54,848 nt of DNA. It comes from Basidiobolus meristosporus CBS 931.73. Taxonomy: Eukaryota; Fungi; Basidiobolomycota. The notes beneath the pieces were generated by a model. That model did not search any database and was not told where the DNA came from. It was given only the letters and a program-made list of their open reading frames with translations. The stretch is taken from the NCBI GenBank assembly GCA_002104905.1, contig MCFE01000594.1, positions 1-54,848 of the forward strand, given 5' to 3'. Shown in pieces: positions 9,182-21,161 of the stretch (the first letter of the stretch is position 1; each line of letters opens with the position of its first letter). A program made the position numbers and the translations under genes.

Positions 9182-11788
9182 GAACCATGGTTGTAGAGTC
9201 CTCTGGAGTGAAAAAATTTTCATTCTTTTCCTCTGATTCAATCCTGACAATTGGTGGACTTGAGATCAGATTTTTGTCATCATCTGATGTCATTTTTTGT
9301 GAAAATCTTGAATTTTTGTCAGAAAACACATTTCTGGTCTTGATTAGCTTCTTTGCTTTGGTATTGTAGGGTCTGTATGCTTTACTCTCATTGCAGTAAC
9401 CCAAAAATATGCATTTTACACTTTTTGGCTCAAAATTTGACTGATTTCCAGGCATTTTCTTGGCATATGCTGTACACCAAAATATTCTTAGAAGCTCTGC
9501 ACTTGGTCTGTATCCATACCATGCTTCCAATGGAGTAGAATTACCAAGTATTCTGTTTTAACTCCTATTTTTAAGGTATACTGCAGTGGCAACTGATTCC
9601 ACCTAAAAATCATAGGATAATTTTTGATCATGGATCATAGATCTTGCTTTATCAATTATTGATCTATTAGCATGTTTTGCCACTCCATTTTGCTGTGGGG
9701 AGTATAGTACAGTAGTCTCTTGCTTTATCCCACAAATTTTGCAGAAGTAGATGAAGAGTTTTGAGGTATATTCTCCACCATTGTCAGAGCATATTTTCTT
9801 GACTTTTCACCAGTTTCTCTCTCTACCATGGCTTTAAGCTCCCTGAACTTGGACAGAGCTTTTTCCTTTCTTTCCATGAAGTAAACTCATTTGTATCTGG
9901 TATAATCATCAATAACGGTGATTAAATACTTCATCCTGCCTAAGGATAAATTTTGCATAGGTCCACACAGATTTGAGTGAGTTAGATCTAATTTTTTCTT
10001 AGTTTTGATTAACCCAGAGCTCTTGAACGGTTGTCTGGCTTGTTTCCCATATATGTAGGCTTCTTAGTGCTCTAAATTTGCTGGGGGATCAATTTTTACT
10101 CCAGAAATTAGCTGATCTTTGATCATTTTGCGCAAATAATCAAAATTGATGTATCCAAATCTTCTGTGCCAGAGCATTGGTGTTTCTTTACTCAAGTTAC
10201 TTATATTGGCTTCCAAACATGATGGAGTATAAGTCAACTTGTATAGATTCTGATCTCTGATACCCAAAGTAATATGGGCACCATTTGAATCAGTGATCTT
10301 GCATCCAGATTTGTCAAAGCTGAAACCAAGTCCTTCTCCAGTGGCCTTGCTTACAGATAGTAGGTTCTTGGCTATTTCTGGTACATAGAGTACCTCTTTA
10401 AAAGTCAGTGTATGGTATCCTTCACTGCTTATAAGGTTTACTTGGATAGTTCCTTCTCCCACTGCATCAAGTGTTCTATTGTCACACATGAAAACCTTCT
10501 TAGCTGGAATTTCTTGATATTGGGTAAAAAACTCTTTTTGGTGTGTAAAGTGTTGAGATGATCCAGAGTCAATGTACCATGTCTGAGAATCCTTTCTTGT
10601 GGTCATATTTAGTGCTGATATGAATAGTCTATCTTCAGTTGTTGCAGCATTTCCATATTCTGGCTTCTTTTGCTGATTATCTCTCTTTTTGAGACACTGG
10701 TCTGATATGTGCCCTTTGGTTTTGCAGTAGTTGCAAAACAGGTTGCTTTGCCTTTGTAGGGTCTTGGGTACCTCCTTTGTTGGCTATCATTGCTTATTAA
10801 AGTATTTTCTTCTTCCTTCTTATTGGCGCTTTATTTTCTTAATTCTTCATCCAGGAGCCTTCCATATACGTAATCTAAGGTCAAATCTTCAGTTCTGGAC
10901 TCTAAGGCTGATACAAGGCCCTAAAACATGTCTGTCAGGCTATTCAGGATGGTAACTATCACATCCTCAGCAGTAGTTGGTACGCCCACAGATTCCATTT
11001 CATCCACCAGCATGGTACTTCTGTTAATTAGATATTTCATTTCTTCTCCTGGCAGCATATTTGTAGTAAAGAGCTTTTGTCTCAGATACATTTTCTTAGC
11101 AGTTGAACATGGCTGGTAGGTGTCGTCTAATTCCTTCCAGGCATTCTTTGCCATTTTTGCTCTTGAGCACTGAATCAGCAATTTGTCTTTAACATTAAGG
11201 CAAATGCAGTTAAAGGCACTTTGTTCTTTCTTCTGTCACTTTAAGGCTTCCTCTCCCACATTTTTAGGAGGGCATTCTTCTCCCATGACAATATCCCAAA
11301 GGCCTCCTTCTTGTAGCAGCATCTTCATCTTCACCTTCCACACTTGGTAGTTAGATCCATCCAACTTTTCAGCAGAGGGAAAAATTCCAGTAATAGCAGT
11401 AGTAGACATTGCAGAGAGTGACAGCTTGGGGCTCATAACCAGTTGTAAGAGTCCTGGAGATATTGGAAGTGATTGGGAGGGCAAGTAGATTTTGTTGTTT
11501 TCACTTGATGATTTATTGAATGTAAAAGTAGTATTTATACTTTTACATGGTCTTGGCATGACAATCACATAGACTAGGCTAAGGAAGGTCCCAAGAATAC
11601 ATGTGCAAAGTTTGGGGCTGTTTAGACAACTTTGAGAATTTTCATGTTGTGGGTACCTGGTATTTTGGTGAAAATATTCCAAGTAAATCCCAACAAGAAA
11701 TTTGGTCAGTATTCTCTAGAATTTGAAGGTAATGACTTAAGTGACTAAGTTGGGTGAATATATAGGTGAATTACCAATTTTTACAACA
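9182..11788 (-). mobile_element. Copia element B, proximal part (5' LTR 11441-11788, gag, PR, IN), decayed
   Basis: Fragmented ORFs 11236-11682, 10921-11181, 10064-10606 and 9174-9530 match A; PBS at 11429-11440; one LTR end mutated (AGTTG). Confidence 0.93.
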
Positions 11789-12375
11789 AATCCAAGTTGA
11801 ATACAATTAAGTAAAAATCTAACTTTTTGTGCTAGAACTAAGTGCATAGATATTTTACATCATTTCATACATGATGCTATGGAGAGCAACTTGATTAGCT
11901 TAGATTGCTGTACTACAGATGAAATGACTGCAGACATATTTACCAAACCACTTGCTAAAGACAAATTTGAATATCTTAAGTCAAAATTAGGACTAGTCAG
12001 GATGAACATATAGCTGAGTAGGAGTGTTATAAAGACTCATAATTCCACCTAAATATTCACCTAACTGACTCACATAGATCATTACCTACAAATCCCAGAG
12101 AATACTGACAGACCAAATTCTTTATCAGCATTTACTTCAAATATTTTCACCAAAACATCAGGTACCCAGAACATCAATAGTAGAAAGTTGTCCAAAGAGC
12201 CCCAAGTTTGCACACATACTCTTGGGACCTTTCTAGGTCTATTCTAAATGTTTTCATGCTATTACCATTTAAAATTATAAATACTACTTTTACACTCAAT
12301 ACAATTATTAAGTGAAAGCCAGATAATCAACTTGTTCTCCCAATCACTTCCAATATCTCCAAGACTCTTACAACA
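11789..12375 (+). mobile_element. Copia remnant C: RNase H end, PPT and 3' LTR (12025-12375)
   Basis: ..DIFTKPLAKDKFEYLKSKLGLVRMNI* then CTGAGTAGGAG, then TGTTA..CAACA. Confidence 0.85.
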
Positions 12376-13310
12376 TCTAGTTCCTGGTAGATCCTAAATA
12401 TGCCAGTCTGTGCAACACCTTCAAGACTCCAAGACCTACTACTTGCCTATGTTTTCAACCCCTCCACCCTATGATCAAATACCTTGGCCTGTATACCCAA
12501 TTGTTGTTTTCTGCCAACCTGATCTTGCTCAGCATGGTTACAATTGTTAGTGCTCAGCTGCCTTCTCTATTTGTCCCACCAGTGCAATTTGGGCCAGCTT
12601 GAGTCCTTTGGAGCTTACTAACCTTTGTTAGCAGCTTTCACAAAATTATATTTCCCTTTATTTGCTTAGCACATAGTATATGTAGCACTTGGCTTCTCTA
12701 TTTTGAGTTACTGAAGTGAAGACATCACCTTTTGATAATTACCACCTTCCCCCTTAATCTAACTATAAGAGCCTTTGATATGTAGTAGGACAAGCTATCT
12801 ACAGCTAATCACAGGCTAATGATGGGCTTAACAAATTATGCCGCCAGCTTAGTAAAGTAGTCTCAAGTTGCTAAAGGACTTGCCTGCACAAAAGCTTAGC
12901 ATTTAATGCTTATGGCAGAAGTTTAAGTATTCACGAGCAATAGAAAAGCTCCTATGGCCTGCTTTACAGCCAATAACTCATTGACACCTGTCAATTGAGT
13001 CAGTGATGGTACCACTAACCTTTTTCCATTTGAGTGCAAACTCCTTGAAGTACTATAGAAAGATGTTACAAATTACGCTTTAAGCACATGAGCCTGCCAA
13101 GTTTGAGGATACTTAGAGCTGTAACAATGATAATGGTAATATCGGCAATATTCAGATGTGGGCAATGCCTACAACGACGTGAAGTATCAAGTAGGCTTAA
13201 ATCTCCAATTGTAGGTAGATTATGCGGTTTTCACTTGAATGAATTAGAGAATGCACGAGTAGTAATAAGTTCGGCCTACAGGTCGATCATTGCATTATTT
13301 TATTTGAGAA

Positions 13311-13631
13311 TCAAACGCAAGGGCACTTGAGAGACCTTGCTGCTTTAGGGAATCTGCTATACCCGGCTTTATCAACGATGTAGGAGTTACCACCGCACTT
13401 GACTTCAGAGTATATGGTACACTTGTGAGATCCTGCCGAGTATCCCGAGATGAATGGGCCACCGGTTAAATTGATACAGGCGTTGCCACTGCTGACGTTG
13501 ATACACTTGGCTTTGCCTGTCGACTTGCAAACGTACATGCTACTTCCGCTTTTCCAAGGAGGACACCATGCGTTGCACTGAGCGGTAATGATGAGCATTG
13601 CGGTACTGAGTAGAATGATGTCCAACTTCAT
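13311..13631 (-). CDS. Small secreted cysteine-rich cationic protein, 106 aa (crystallin-like antimicrobial/effector candidate)
   Basis: Hydrophobic signal peptide (~1-21), 8 Cys in the mature part, 11 K/R versus 2 D/E, CTIYSEVKCGG motif, intronless, TATATAA 50 bp upstream. Confidence 0.8.
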   Translation of the reverse strand: MKLDIILLSTAMLIITAQCNAWCPPWKSGSSMYVCKSTGKAKCINVSSGNACINLTGGPFISGYSAGSHKCTIYSEVKCGGNSYIVDKAGYSRFPKAARSLKCPCV

Positions 13632-13680
13632 GGTAACTATTTCGTGGAGAACTTGTCAGCACCTGGTCTTTTAACGGTGC

Positions 13681-13687
13681 TTATATA
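13681..13687 (-). promoter_or_regulatory. TATA box of the secreted-protein gene
   Basis: TATATAA on the minus strand, 50 nt upstream of the ATG at 13631. Confidence 0.55.
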
Positions 13688-13712
13688 GCTTGCCCAGAGT
13701 CAGGTGGAAGCT

Positions 13713-13793
13713 GTACTAATAGAATGACCGTTTGTAGAGAGATGTTGTACTAATAGAATGACCGTTCGTAGAGAGATGTGGTACTAATAGAAT
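13713..13793. repeat. 34-bp tandem repeat, ~2.4 copies
   Basis: GTACTAATAGAATGACCGTTYGTAGAGAGATGTK at 13713 and 13747, partial copy at 13781. Confidence 0.9.
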
Positions 13794-14810
13794 CTTCTGC
13801 TTAAGCTTTGACAAACAAGATGATCTTGCTGAATATGGAGCCATCTAGGTACATCATCTAGATGCGTCTACCCTGTTCATCCTTGTACTACTACTGGGAG
13901 CACCCGGGTTTACAATTTCACGTATGTACGATCCAGTCTTGGACTTGCTTCCTGTCCCCACATAACCATAGCATAGTGGACCGTTGTAAGTAGGGCCAAT
14001 GCCGGTAACATATCGAACTAGTTCATACAGAATCCGCATATCCTTGTATCCAACTGGTCCATAAAGATGAAGGGCTTTCTGTCGTTGACATCTAAGATCT
14101 GGGATCATGGAGAAGCGCGACTGAAGCAAATGAAAGACGGGGAAAACATTTGCAGCTCTGAGCTACGAATACGGCATGCCCTTGGAGACACCAAACCGAT
14201 TGCACATGTGGGAGGCTCAGCTCAGTTGATTTCGCCCAGAATGGTGTTTTATACAGTCGAGATTCGATCGGATCCTCCCATTGCACTTCGGGCTGTTTTA
14301 AATACATTATGATATGTATAAGCTGGGAATACTCTTGATACTCAGCCCCTCCAAGATCCCTATTACACAGAAGGTCATCATCCATACTCATCAAGCGAAT
14401 CAGCAACCAACAAAGTAGCCGCACCGCCTTTCTCCATCTTGAACCACCCCTCCATACCAAGCATCTATATATGCTCATGGCCATATTGACGAATCACATG
14501 GTTATACATACAACGGAAAGTATTTTGATTCGAGCTTGGCATTCCTGGTCTCGACTTACTACATACAGCGTTGTTTCAAGAGAGGTATTGCGGTCGATTG
14601 TACCAGCGCCGCGGATCTCCATTAACTCTGTTATAAGGGGAGATGGGATTGCATCTTCTATTCCGATACAACTACTTGAATACCACCATGCGACACACTC
14701 ACTCAATGATCAGATGTAGACACGCGTCTAGTGGGAAAAAGAGCATCGCTCTAAACGTTCGCACAGGGTACACTCCAGTCTAACCGATTCCTCAATTTTA
14801 GTAATATATC

Positions 14811-15292
14811 ATGGAGGCTGTGACAACCGCCAGCGCCATGTTTCATACCATTGCGACTATGACCATGCTCAACGCCAAGGTCCCCTCCGGGTCTCACCAA
14901 CCCCTCTGGGCCACGAAACTTCCGCTCAACCTCCAGCCCCACGTGGAAAGTTTCACGAAGGTTCTCGTCTCCGACACGGGGGTAAACTATGTGACCATTG
15001 CCCGAGTCATCTCCACGTTGGTTTTGGACACCTTAAGCTCGACACACGACCTGCATGTTTGCTCACGCGCAGGCAAGATACCTGTGAGAAAAGCATTCGT
15101 AAGCACATGAAAAGCCCCCGAAAGCGCGAAAGACGCATCGCCAAAGCGACCATGAGATCCCATCCCGAAGAAGCGGGCGAGGGCACCGAGTATCGCGAGG
15201 CTCAAGGCCTGACCCACATTCCTGCGGTTGGTGAGGTCGAAACCGAGGATCCTCAGGAAGTTGGCAATGCCGCCGATTTGGCCAATCAGTAG
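14811..15292 (+). CDS. Candidate two-exon orphan gene (~141 aa)
   Basis: Two C/G-ending-codon ORFs (14811-15110, 15059-15292) join in frame through a putative intron 15017-15072 (GTTGGT..CTCAC..CAG). A possible 5'UTR intron (GTACAC..CTAAC..TTAG) ends at 14801. No recognisable domain. Confidence 0.4.
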
Positions 15293-15584
15293 CTCCTTTG
15301 GTGAATGAATGGATGTTTGTTCTTTTGAATACGCCCCCTTCCCCTCCCTCCCCACCCACCAGTGGAGCGGGCGAATCAATCCGTGAAGGTCCAATAAACT
15401 TTGGCCCGTGTGTGACCTGACGATATGCACACTTGTTGCCATCCATGCGCAAAATTCATCGGTTTGCTTTTCGCTTGATTGATCCGAGGCAACGGTAGAT
15501 ACCATTGCGTTCGGACCTCACGAGTACACGTTCTTGGTCGTGTTGAGACAAGCTTAGACTCATTCTCCGATCCCCCCTGCAAAA

Positions 15585-15666
15585 TGATGAGAGTGGGGTT
15601 CGAACCCACGCCTCCGAAGAGACTGCGACCTGAACGCAGCGCCTTAGACCACTCGGCCATCTCACC
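15585..15666 (-). tRNA. tRNA-Leu(CAG), intronless, long variable arm
   Basis: GGTGAGA/TCTCATC acceptor stem, D-loop GAGTGGTCTAAGG, CTGCG-TTCAGGT-CGCAG anticodon arm, GGTTCGAACCC T-loop, then TTTT terminator. Confidence 0.98.
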
Positions 15667-16144
15667 AATTATTTTGAATGTATTATTTAATTATTCATAT
15701 GTGATTATTGTAGCTTAACTAATTGCTTTAACCTAATAGAAAATGGCCATTTGATCATAAATAAAGCCAAATATTCATCACGTAAATCAGACATTTACTG
15801 CGTAAAAATGAAAGCGCAAATATTGCAAAATATCTAATGTGTAGTAACATGATATTTGACTATTTCAGATATCTTTATCCCAAGCTGGTTTAGGGAAGGT
15901 GGTTTGGGGGAGGGGACCCCGTCTGGAGAGACACGTCCACGTTAGATAGAAAGCGTGAGTTGGTGGGATGATGTGGGTCGGGATTTTTTTTTCTTTTTTA
16001 CCAAATTTCCATGAATCCGTTCATCACGCACTTATGCCAGGATGGGAAATGGATTTCGCCCAGGAAATCCCATGCAGGATGCGATAAGAGTCCCCATCCC
16101 GAAAAATCGATCTCTTCACCAGCAGTGCACCATATCCCCAAGTC

Positions 16145-18646
16145 ATGTCTGAAGAGAATGCCCCGGAGAGGAAGCGGATTTACCTGGGCGGTTTGGCACC
16201 CGACGTGACCGCCGCCGACGTCGAGAAGCGGTTCCACACCTTCGGCACCCTCTCCTCGGTGGAGTTGGTGTTGAACGAGTTCACCGGTATTTAGGACCGC
16301 CGTTTGTTTGGTCCGGTTCGGGTGGACTTTCGAGTGCTTACCTTTTCCCGTTTGTTATTTTCAGGGAAATGTCGTGGTTTCGCCTACTTGAACCTGGATA
16401 TCACGCCCGCGAACTGGAAAAAATGTAGGGTTTCAGTGGAGCTGCGCCTTTCTTGGTCCAATTTCTAACCTAGATCGGGGGCTGTCTTTGTCCTTGTGCT
16501 GCTGTGTAGGTTATTCCATGTACAACGGGACCAAATGGAAGGGCCAACAATTGAAGCTTGAGGAAGCCAAGACCGATTACATGACCAAGTGGGTGTTCCT
16601 AGTTCCCAACCCCCCTTAGCTGCTTTTCTTTATACTGACCTTTGCTAGGCTGAAGAAGGAATGGGAGGAGGCAAAGGCGAAAGAAGAGAACCCCAAACCT
16701 AAGAAGAAGAGAAGCGCCTCGGTTGATGGTTACGAGGCAGCCGACATGACCCTAGTCAACGAGAAGAATGTGGATGGACGTAAAGTAGGTTGATTTGGCG
16801 TAGTTCGGGGCAAGCTACTCCGGAGACTAACGGACAACATTTGTTTGAAGGGGTGGAAGAGAGGACGCTACGGCCGTGCGGTGGCGGTGATGAAGCTTAA
16901 AAAAACCGACGGCACACCGGTAAACCAGGTTGCTTTCACCACGACTTCCTGCTCCAAGTAATGACATTCGACCCTCTGTAGTTCACCTACGATCCCTCTC
17001 ACTACAAGAACAACCTCGAGAAGCTGTTCGGCTCCGTCAGGCCGCTGCCCATCTCGAAGCTAACCTGGAGCTATGACCAAACCAGCAACCACAATCTCGT
17101 GGAAGACGAAGTGGCCGTACCCGAGCCTAGGAAGCCCGCCACTGAAAGTTTAATCAAGGTTAGTTGGGAATGGCTGTTGCACATACGGAGATTCCTCTTA
17201 CACGGTCGTCCAATCAGGCAAACGAGCAACGACTGGAGGCGTTGAAACGTCGACAGGAGGAGCAGGAGAGATCCAGGAAGATGATCAAGGAATCCCTTTC
17301 AAACATCGACGGCAAGGTAAGGCTTTTCTTTGGACGTGAGCGGTATCTAGCAGGGCACTAACTCCCGGGAAGAAATCCGAGGGCCATATCGTGTTCGAAG
17401 ACTCTGACGACGAGGCTCAGCAGAAAGGGAAATCGCTGTTCGACTCGGATTCCGACTCCGAAGAAGCCCCGGGTGACTTTGGTACACACCTTTCGAACAC
17501 CTTTGCCGCGTCCCACCACTCACCCCCCTTTCTTCCACCACCACAGACATCGAGATCAACGAGGCCTTCGAGGGAGAGGCCGGTCGTAAACGTTTGGCTC
17601 TTCAGAAACGATTCGGTGGCGATGAGCGTTTCAAGCTTGACGAGGACTTCATGGGCGATGAGGAGATAGCCCAGCGTGAAGAGGCGAAGCGCGCCGAGGA
17701 GACGAAGGAGGAGGCCGCGGATGATGACGATGACATCAACGTCAAGCAGGAGAACAGCGTAGCCATGAGCATTCTGAACTCCCTGTTCCAGGATGCCCCT
17801 GCGCCCGTCGTGTAAGTGGACCTGTCGACCGAGGGTTGTTGGATGCCTCGCTTACTTTCGACTTTTCTGTAGCGAGAAGCCCGCCGAGGTGAACGCCAGA
17901 TACTGGAAGCCTGTCACTCGCTTCGATCCAGATGCCGAGGATGCTGACGAGATGCTGGTTGATGAGACGCTCGCGGAAGAGGCCGACGACCACCCAGCAC
18001 AGGCTTACGAGCCCAGCACAGCCCCCGACGTGTCCGACGAGAAGAAGGTGGTGATCAACACCAATCTGAAGTCCGTGTTCTCAGGTAACTTCTAACCCCT
18101 AACCCCCCCCCTCCGCTCCACCGCAAATCGAGCCTCACCCAATCTCGCCATTTACCCAGGCAACGACGAGGGCTTCACCTTGTTCGGTGGCTCCGAGTCC
18201 GAAAGCGATGATGAGCCCGTAACCCCGTTTGCCTTCCCAACCTCCCAAGTCGAGGCGTCGGTAAGTGTGCCCGGTACCGATCCCCCTCCAGCAAAGCCAT
18301 ACTCACCCCCGTCCCAATAGCCCACTCCCCTCACCCGCCTCAAATCCGTCACCGCCGCTCCAGCCGTCCAGCGATCTGGAGCGCTCTTCTTCTTCCATCT
18401 CTACGATCCCGAGATGCACAAGCGATCGAACTTCAAGGAGGACCGGGTGTTCGCCCGCACCGGAACCATGTACGTATGGATCGCCCCCCATTGTGGCGTG
18501 GACCGTCTACTCAACTTTGCATTTCCAGCGAGGAGGTCACCGCGGCCTGGCAGGAGCAGCGTTCGGAGCTGACCCAGGAATACAAGAGGAAGCACAAATC
18601 GGCCACTCGCAAGAAGCTCAAGATGAAACGGAAGTATGTGAAATAG
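16145..18646 (+). CDS. NOL8: NOL8-like nucleolar RRM protein, multi-exon
   Basis: Spliced N-terminal RRM (RIYLGGL..KCRGFAY..YNGTKWKGQQLKLEEAK; exons 16145-16286, 16365-16424, 16510-16588, 16649 onward), acidic middle, C-terminal FFFHLYD..VFARTG..LTQEYKRKHKSATRK. Later exon borders not all resolved. Confidence 0.78.
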
Positions 18647-18705
18647 GATTATGGGTTTATTTGGCCACTCTAAAAAGAAGGTTTGTTGCACCGTGCGCTC
18701 AGAGG

Positions 18706-19591
18706 TCAAGAGTGGGCCTCGGATTCGGGATCCTCAGCGGCAGCGGCAGCGGCCGGGTACTGGATGTAATTCGTTTGGTGGCGGGTGGTGAACGACCTTT
18801 CATCCTTGCCGTTGATATAGTTGTTCTGGATTAGTGAATAGAAATAAATGTAATAGAATAGCAGGTCATCGTAGCGACCGTCGTAGGGGCTCTGGTGGGC
18901 CACGGCGTATTCCTTGTATAAATAATAGATCGCCTCGATGGTGGCCAGGTGGGTCTCGTCGCAGTTCTGGTACCGCCAGAAGGTGGTTTTTTGCGTGGGG
19001 ATTTTGACCTTGCGGACCTTCTCGAACTCCGGGGTGTTGTGGAGAATGGAGCTGGCCTGCTTCCAGGTCCCGTCCACCACGATAACCCGCGAGAACGACT
19101 CTCTTGGAATCTCCGACATGGGCTTCGCATCCTGTGGAGAGGCCGACTTGAGCTGGGGTGTGCGTGTGTGAATGGAGGATAGGGCGGCTGCTTACCTTGG
19201 AAGGGAACAGTAACAGGGTGTCCTCGAGGTTGGTCAGATCGGGGAGTTCGTTGGGATACGTGTATATTTCCACATCCTGGGGGGCGACGATTTTCGCGTG
19301 AATGGCTGTTGACTTACCGTCCCTCTCCGCCTGGTGCTTGATGCTTTCAAGAGGTCAGCGTAGTCGTTTGTAATTGAGGAGGACGTCAGCTACTTACACA
19401 TCAAGTTTGAAGGGAAGATTTACGTTGGGGATGAGGTCCTTGGAACAACCAACAACTTCGAAGCATCTATAGCAAAAGTATTTGACGGACTTCTTACAGA
19501 CCGGGCATTTCTCGCGGGTCTGGCAAGCGTCGAGCACTGACAGGTCACTCAGTCGGAGCGTTTCAAAGGTCTCGGGGATGCTCCGCTTCAT
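18706..19591 (-). CDS. DTWD1: DTW-domain tRNA-uridine aminocarboxypropyltransferase, DTWD1-like, 3 exons
   Basis: CPVC..KYFCYRC, IKH..E.DGKSTAIHAK, LLFPS, VVDGTWKQA, TTFWRYQ, LATIEAIYY. Confidence 0.9.
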
Positions 19592-19844
19592 TCTCGGTCT
19601 AGCTGGCGAAGTCCGTGGATTGAAAAAGGAGGGAAATAAAAAAAAATACTCGTTTGGGACTAGCTTTGTAGGATCGGTGGTGGGATCGTCTACTTGGAAG
19701 CATCTTCGATTTGTTCGTTTATTTGGGAAAATTCGATTTGTGTCTTCGTGAATTATGTAGGATTTTTCAATTGGATCGTTATTGCTAAATGGTAACTGGA
19801 TTGAACTTTGCGGATGGGCTGGTGTGATTGATTGTTTCTCGATA

Positions 19845-21161
19845 CTAAGCCATGTATATCCTTTGAATCCCAACCTTTTTCACCCGACAGATGCAACATT
19901 CGGCGATTGTGTTGGCACAGCCCTCGCAAAGCGCCAAATGAAAGCAGGGGACTATGGCGTGCGTGACCAGTCTTTCGTAGCATACCCGGCATTCCACCAG
20001 CATCGGTTGTCCACGTGACTCCTTGACACACAACTCCAGCTCGCTGACACGCTTCGAGAGTATCATATTTTCCCTCCTCGACTCGTGAATGACCTGGTGC
20101 AGCCGTTTGTTAGCTGAATGAAGAAACTCCGTCTCCATCTCCAGGGCATGGAACTCGCTGGAGCTTCGGTATGGCTCGCCGGGTCCAGGCAGCTTGGACA
20201 TGACATCCGTGCCATTACCTGGTTTGTCTACACTGTGCGGGTCTGGCATATGACCTGGGGTGGTGATATCGATTAGGCAGTCCGTGTCAGACGAGGTCGA
20301 GCTGCTCGATGTTTTGACCACTTCCATTGGCTCAAGGATTTCGGGTGATGGAGACAAGCTTCGCTGCTTGTCTGGCGGATATGTGGCATGAATGTTCTCC
20401 AGGGGCCTCTCAAACCTCAGGTCTTCGGCCCAGAGAAACCAAGTGCATTTTTCCCGGCTGTGGTATCTCTTGTAGTTTGGACACCCGAATCCGTATCTAC
20501 GATAATTCTTCCCCTCTCGATACGTCCGGTTGATGGTGACATTTTGCCCGCAAAAGCACGTAGGAGTGATATGGTATTGTTTGGCAAAGGGGTTTGAGAG
20601 CCTGAAGTAGACGCAAAAGGTGAAGTTGAAGTAAGGGCATAGTTTCAATTCCTTGTGTTCGAAGTTGTCGTTGTAGCGGTAGGGCGGCATTTTCCCAAAG
20701 AAAAAGCTGTCCCAGGCTTTCTTGTGAATGTGAAAGCCACATATCTTCGGCTGGCTGTCGTTCTCCGAATGCGGCGTGTAAGAGCAATCTGAAAAAGAGA
20801 CAGAGTCCTCGTGGCTAAGCTCTCGAAGAGTGTCAACGATAGAGTCGATTTCTCGCTCTATCCTTATATTGGACATTTGACGCTGCGCCTTGGCCTTCGC
20901 TCGAGATGAACACTTGGAGGGCTCATGCACGTAGTGGCACTCAAATATAGTGCCAAAGTTGATTGAGGTCGAGCAGGCTGCTGGTTTATGACAGAAACAT
21001 AATGGAGGGTCAGTGTACTTGGGCTGGAAAGGACCCATGATAACGGACATGTTGTTGACAACAGAAGAGTATGCTGGCTCCCAAGGCTTTTGGTAAATTG
21101 ACTTTATGCAGTCAGGTGGAAATGGGACAGAATACCAATCATCCAACATCTGAAGATCCAT
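19845..21161 (-). CDS. Intronless protein (438 aa) with GRF-type zinc finger(s), coiled coil and C-terminal RING-HC; putative E3 ligase
   Basis: CFCG..T..GKN.RR.GFGC..C.WF.W (GRF-like), variant CFCHKPA..C..CGFH, and CRVC..PCFHLALC.GC..CCICR. First ATG at 21161. Confidence 0.82.
   Translation of the reverse strand: MDLQMLDDWYSVPFPPDCIKSIYQKPWEPAYSSVVNNMSVIMGPFQPKYTDPPLCFCHKPAACSTSINFGTIFECHYVHEPSKCSSRAKAKAQRQMSNIRIEREIDSIVDTLRELSHEDSVSFSDCSYTPHSENDSQPKICGFHIHKKAWDSFFFGKMPPYRYNDNFEHKELKLCPYFNFTFCVYFRLSNPFAKQYHITPTCFCGQNVTINRTYREGKNYRRYGFGCPNYKRYHSREKCTWFLWAEDLRFERPLENIHATYPPDKQRSLSPSPEILEPMEVVKTSSSSTSSDTDCLIDITTPGHMPDPHSVDKPGNGTDVMSKLPGPGEPYRSSSEFHALEMETEFLHSANKRLHQVIHESRRENMILSKRVSELELCVKESRGQPMLVECRVCYERLVTHAIVPCFHLALCEGCANTIAECCICRVKKVGIQRIYMA

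Noticed and set aside
13713-13793. CRISPR-like array (also considered for 2395-2505)
   Set aside because: Units are directly adjacent with no unique spacers; eukaryotic context; no cas genes.
13854-14129. P-loop-like LHLYGPVGYKD in a minus-strand ORF
   Set aside because: Lacks the GK[ST] of a Walker A motif and has no supporting downstream motifs.
15376-15718. ORFs overlapping the tRNA
   Set aside because: They are translations of the tRNA-Leu gene and its flanks.
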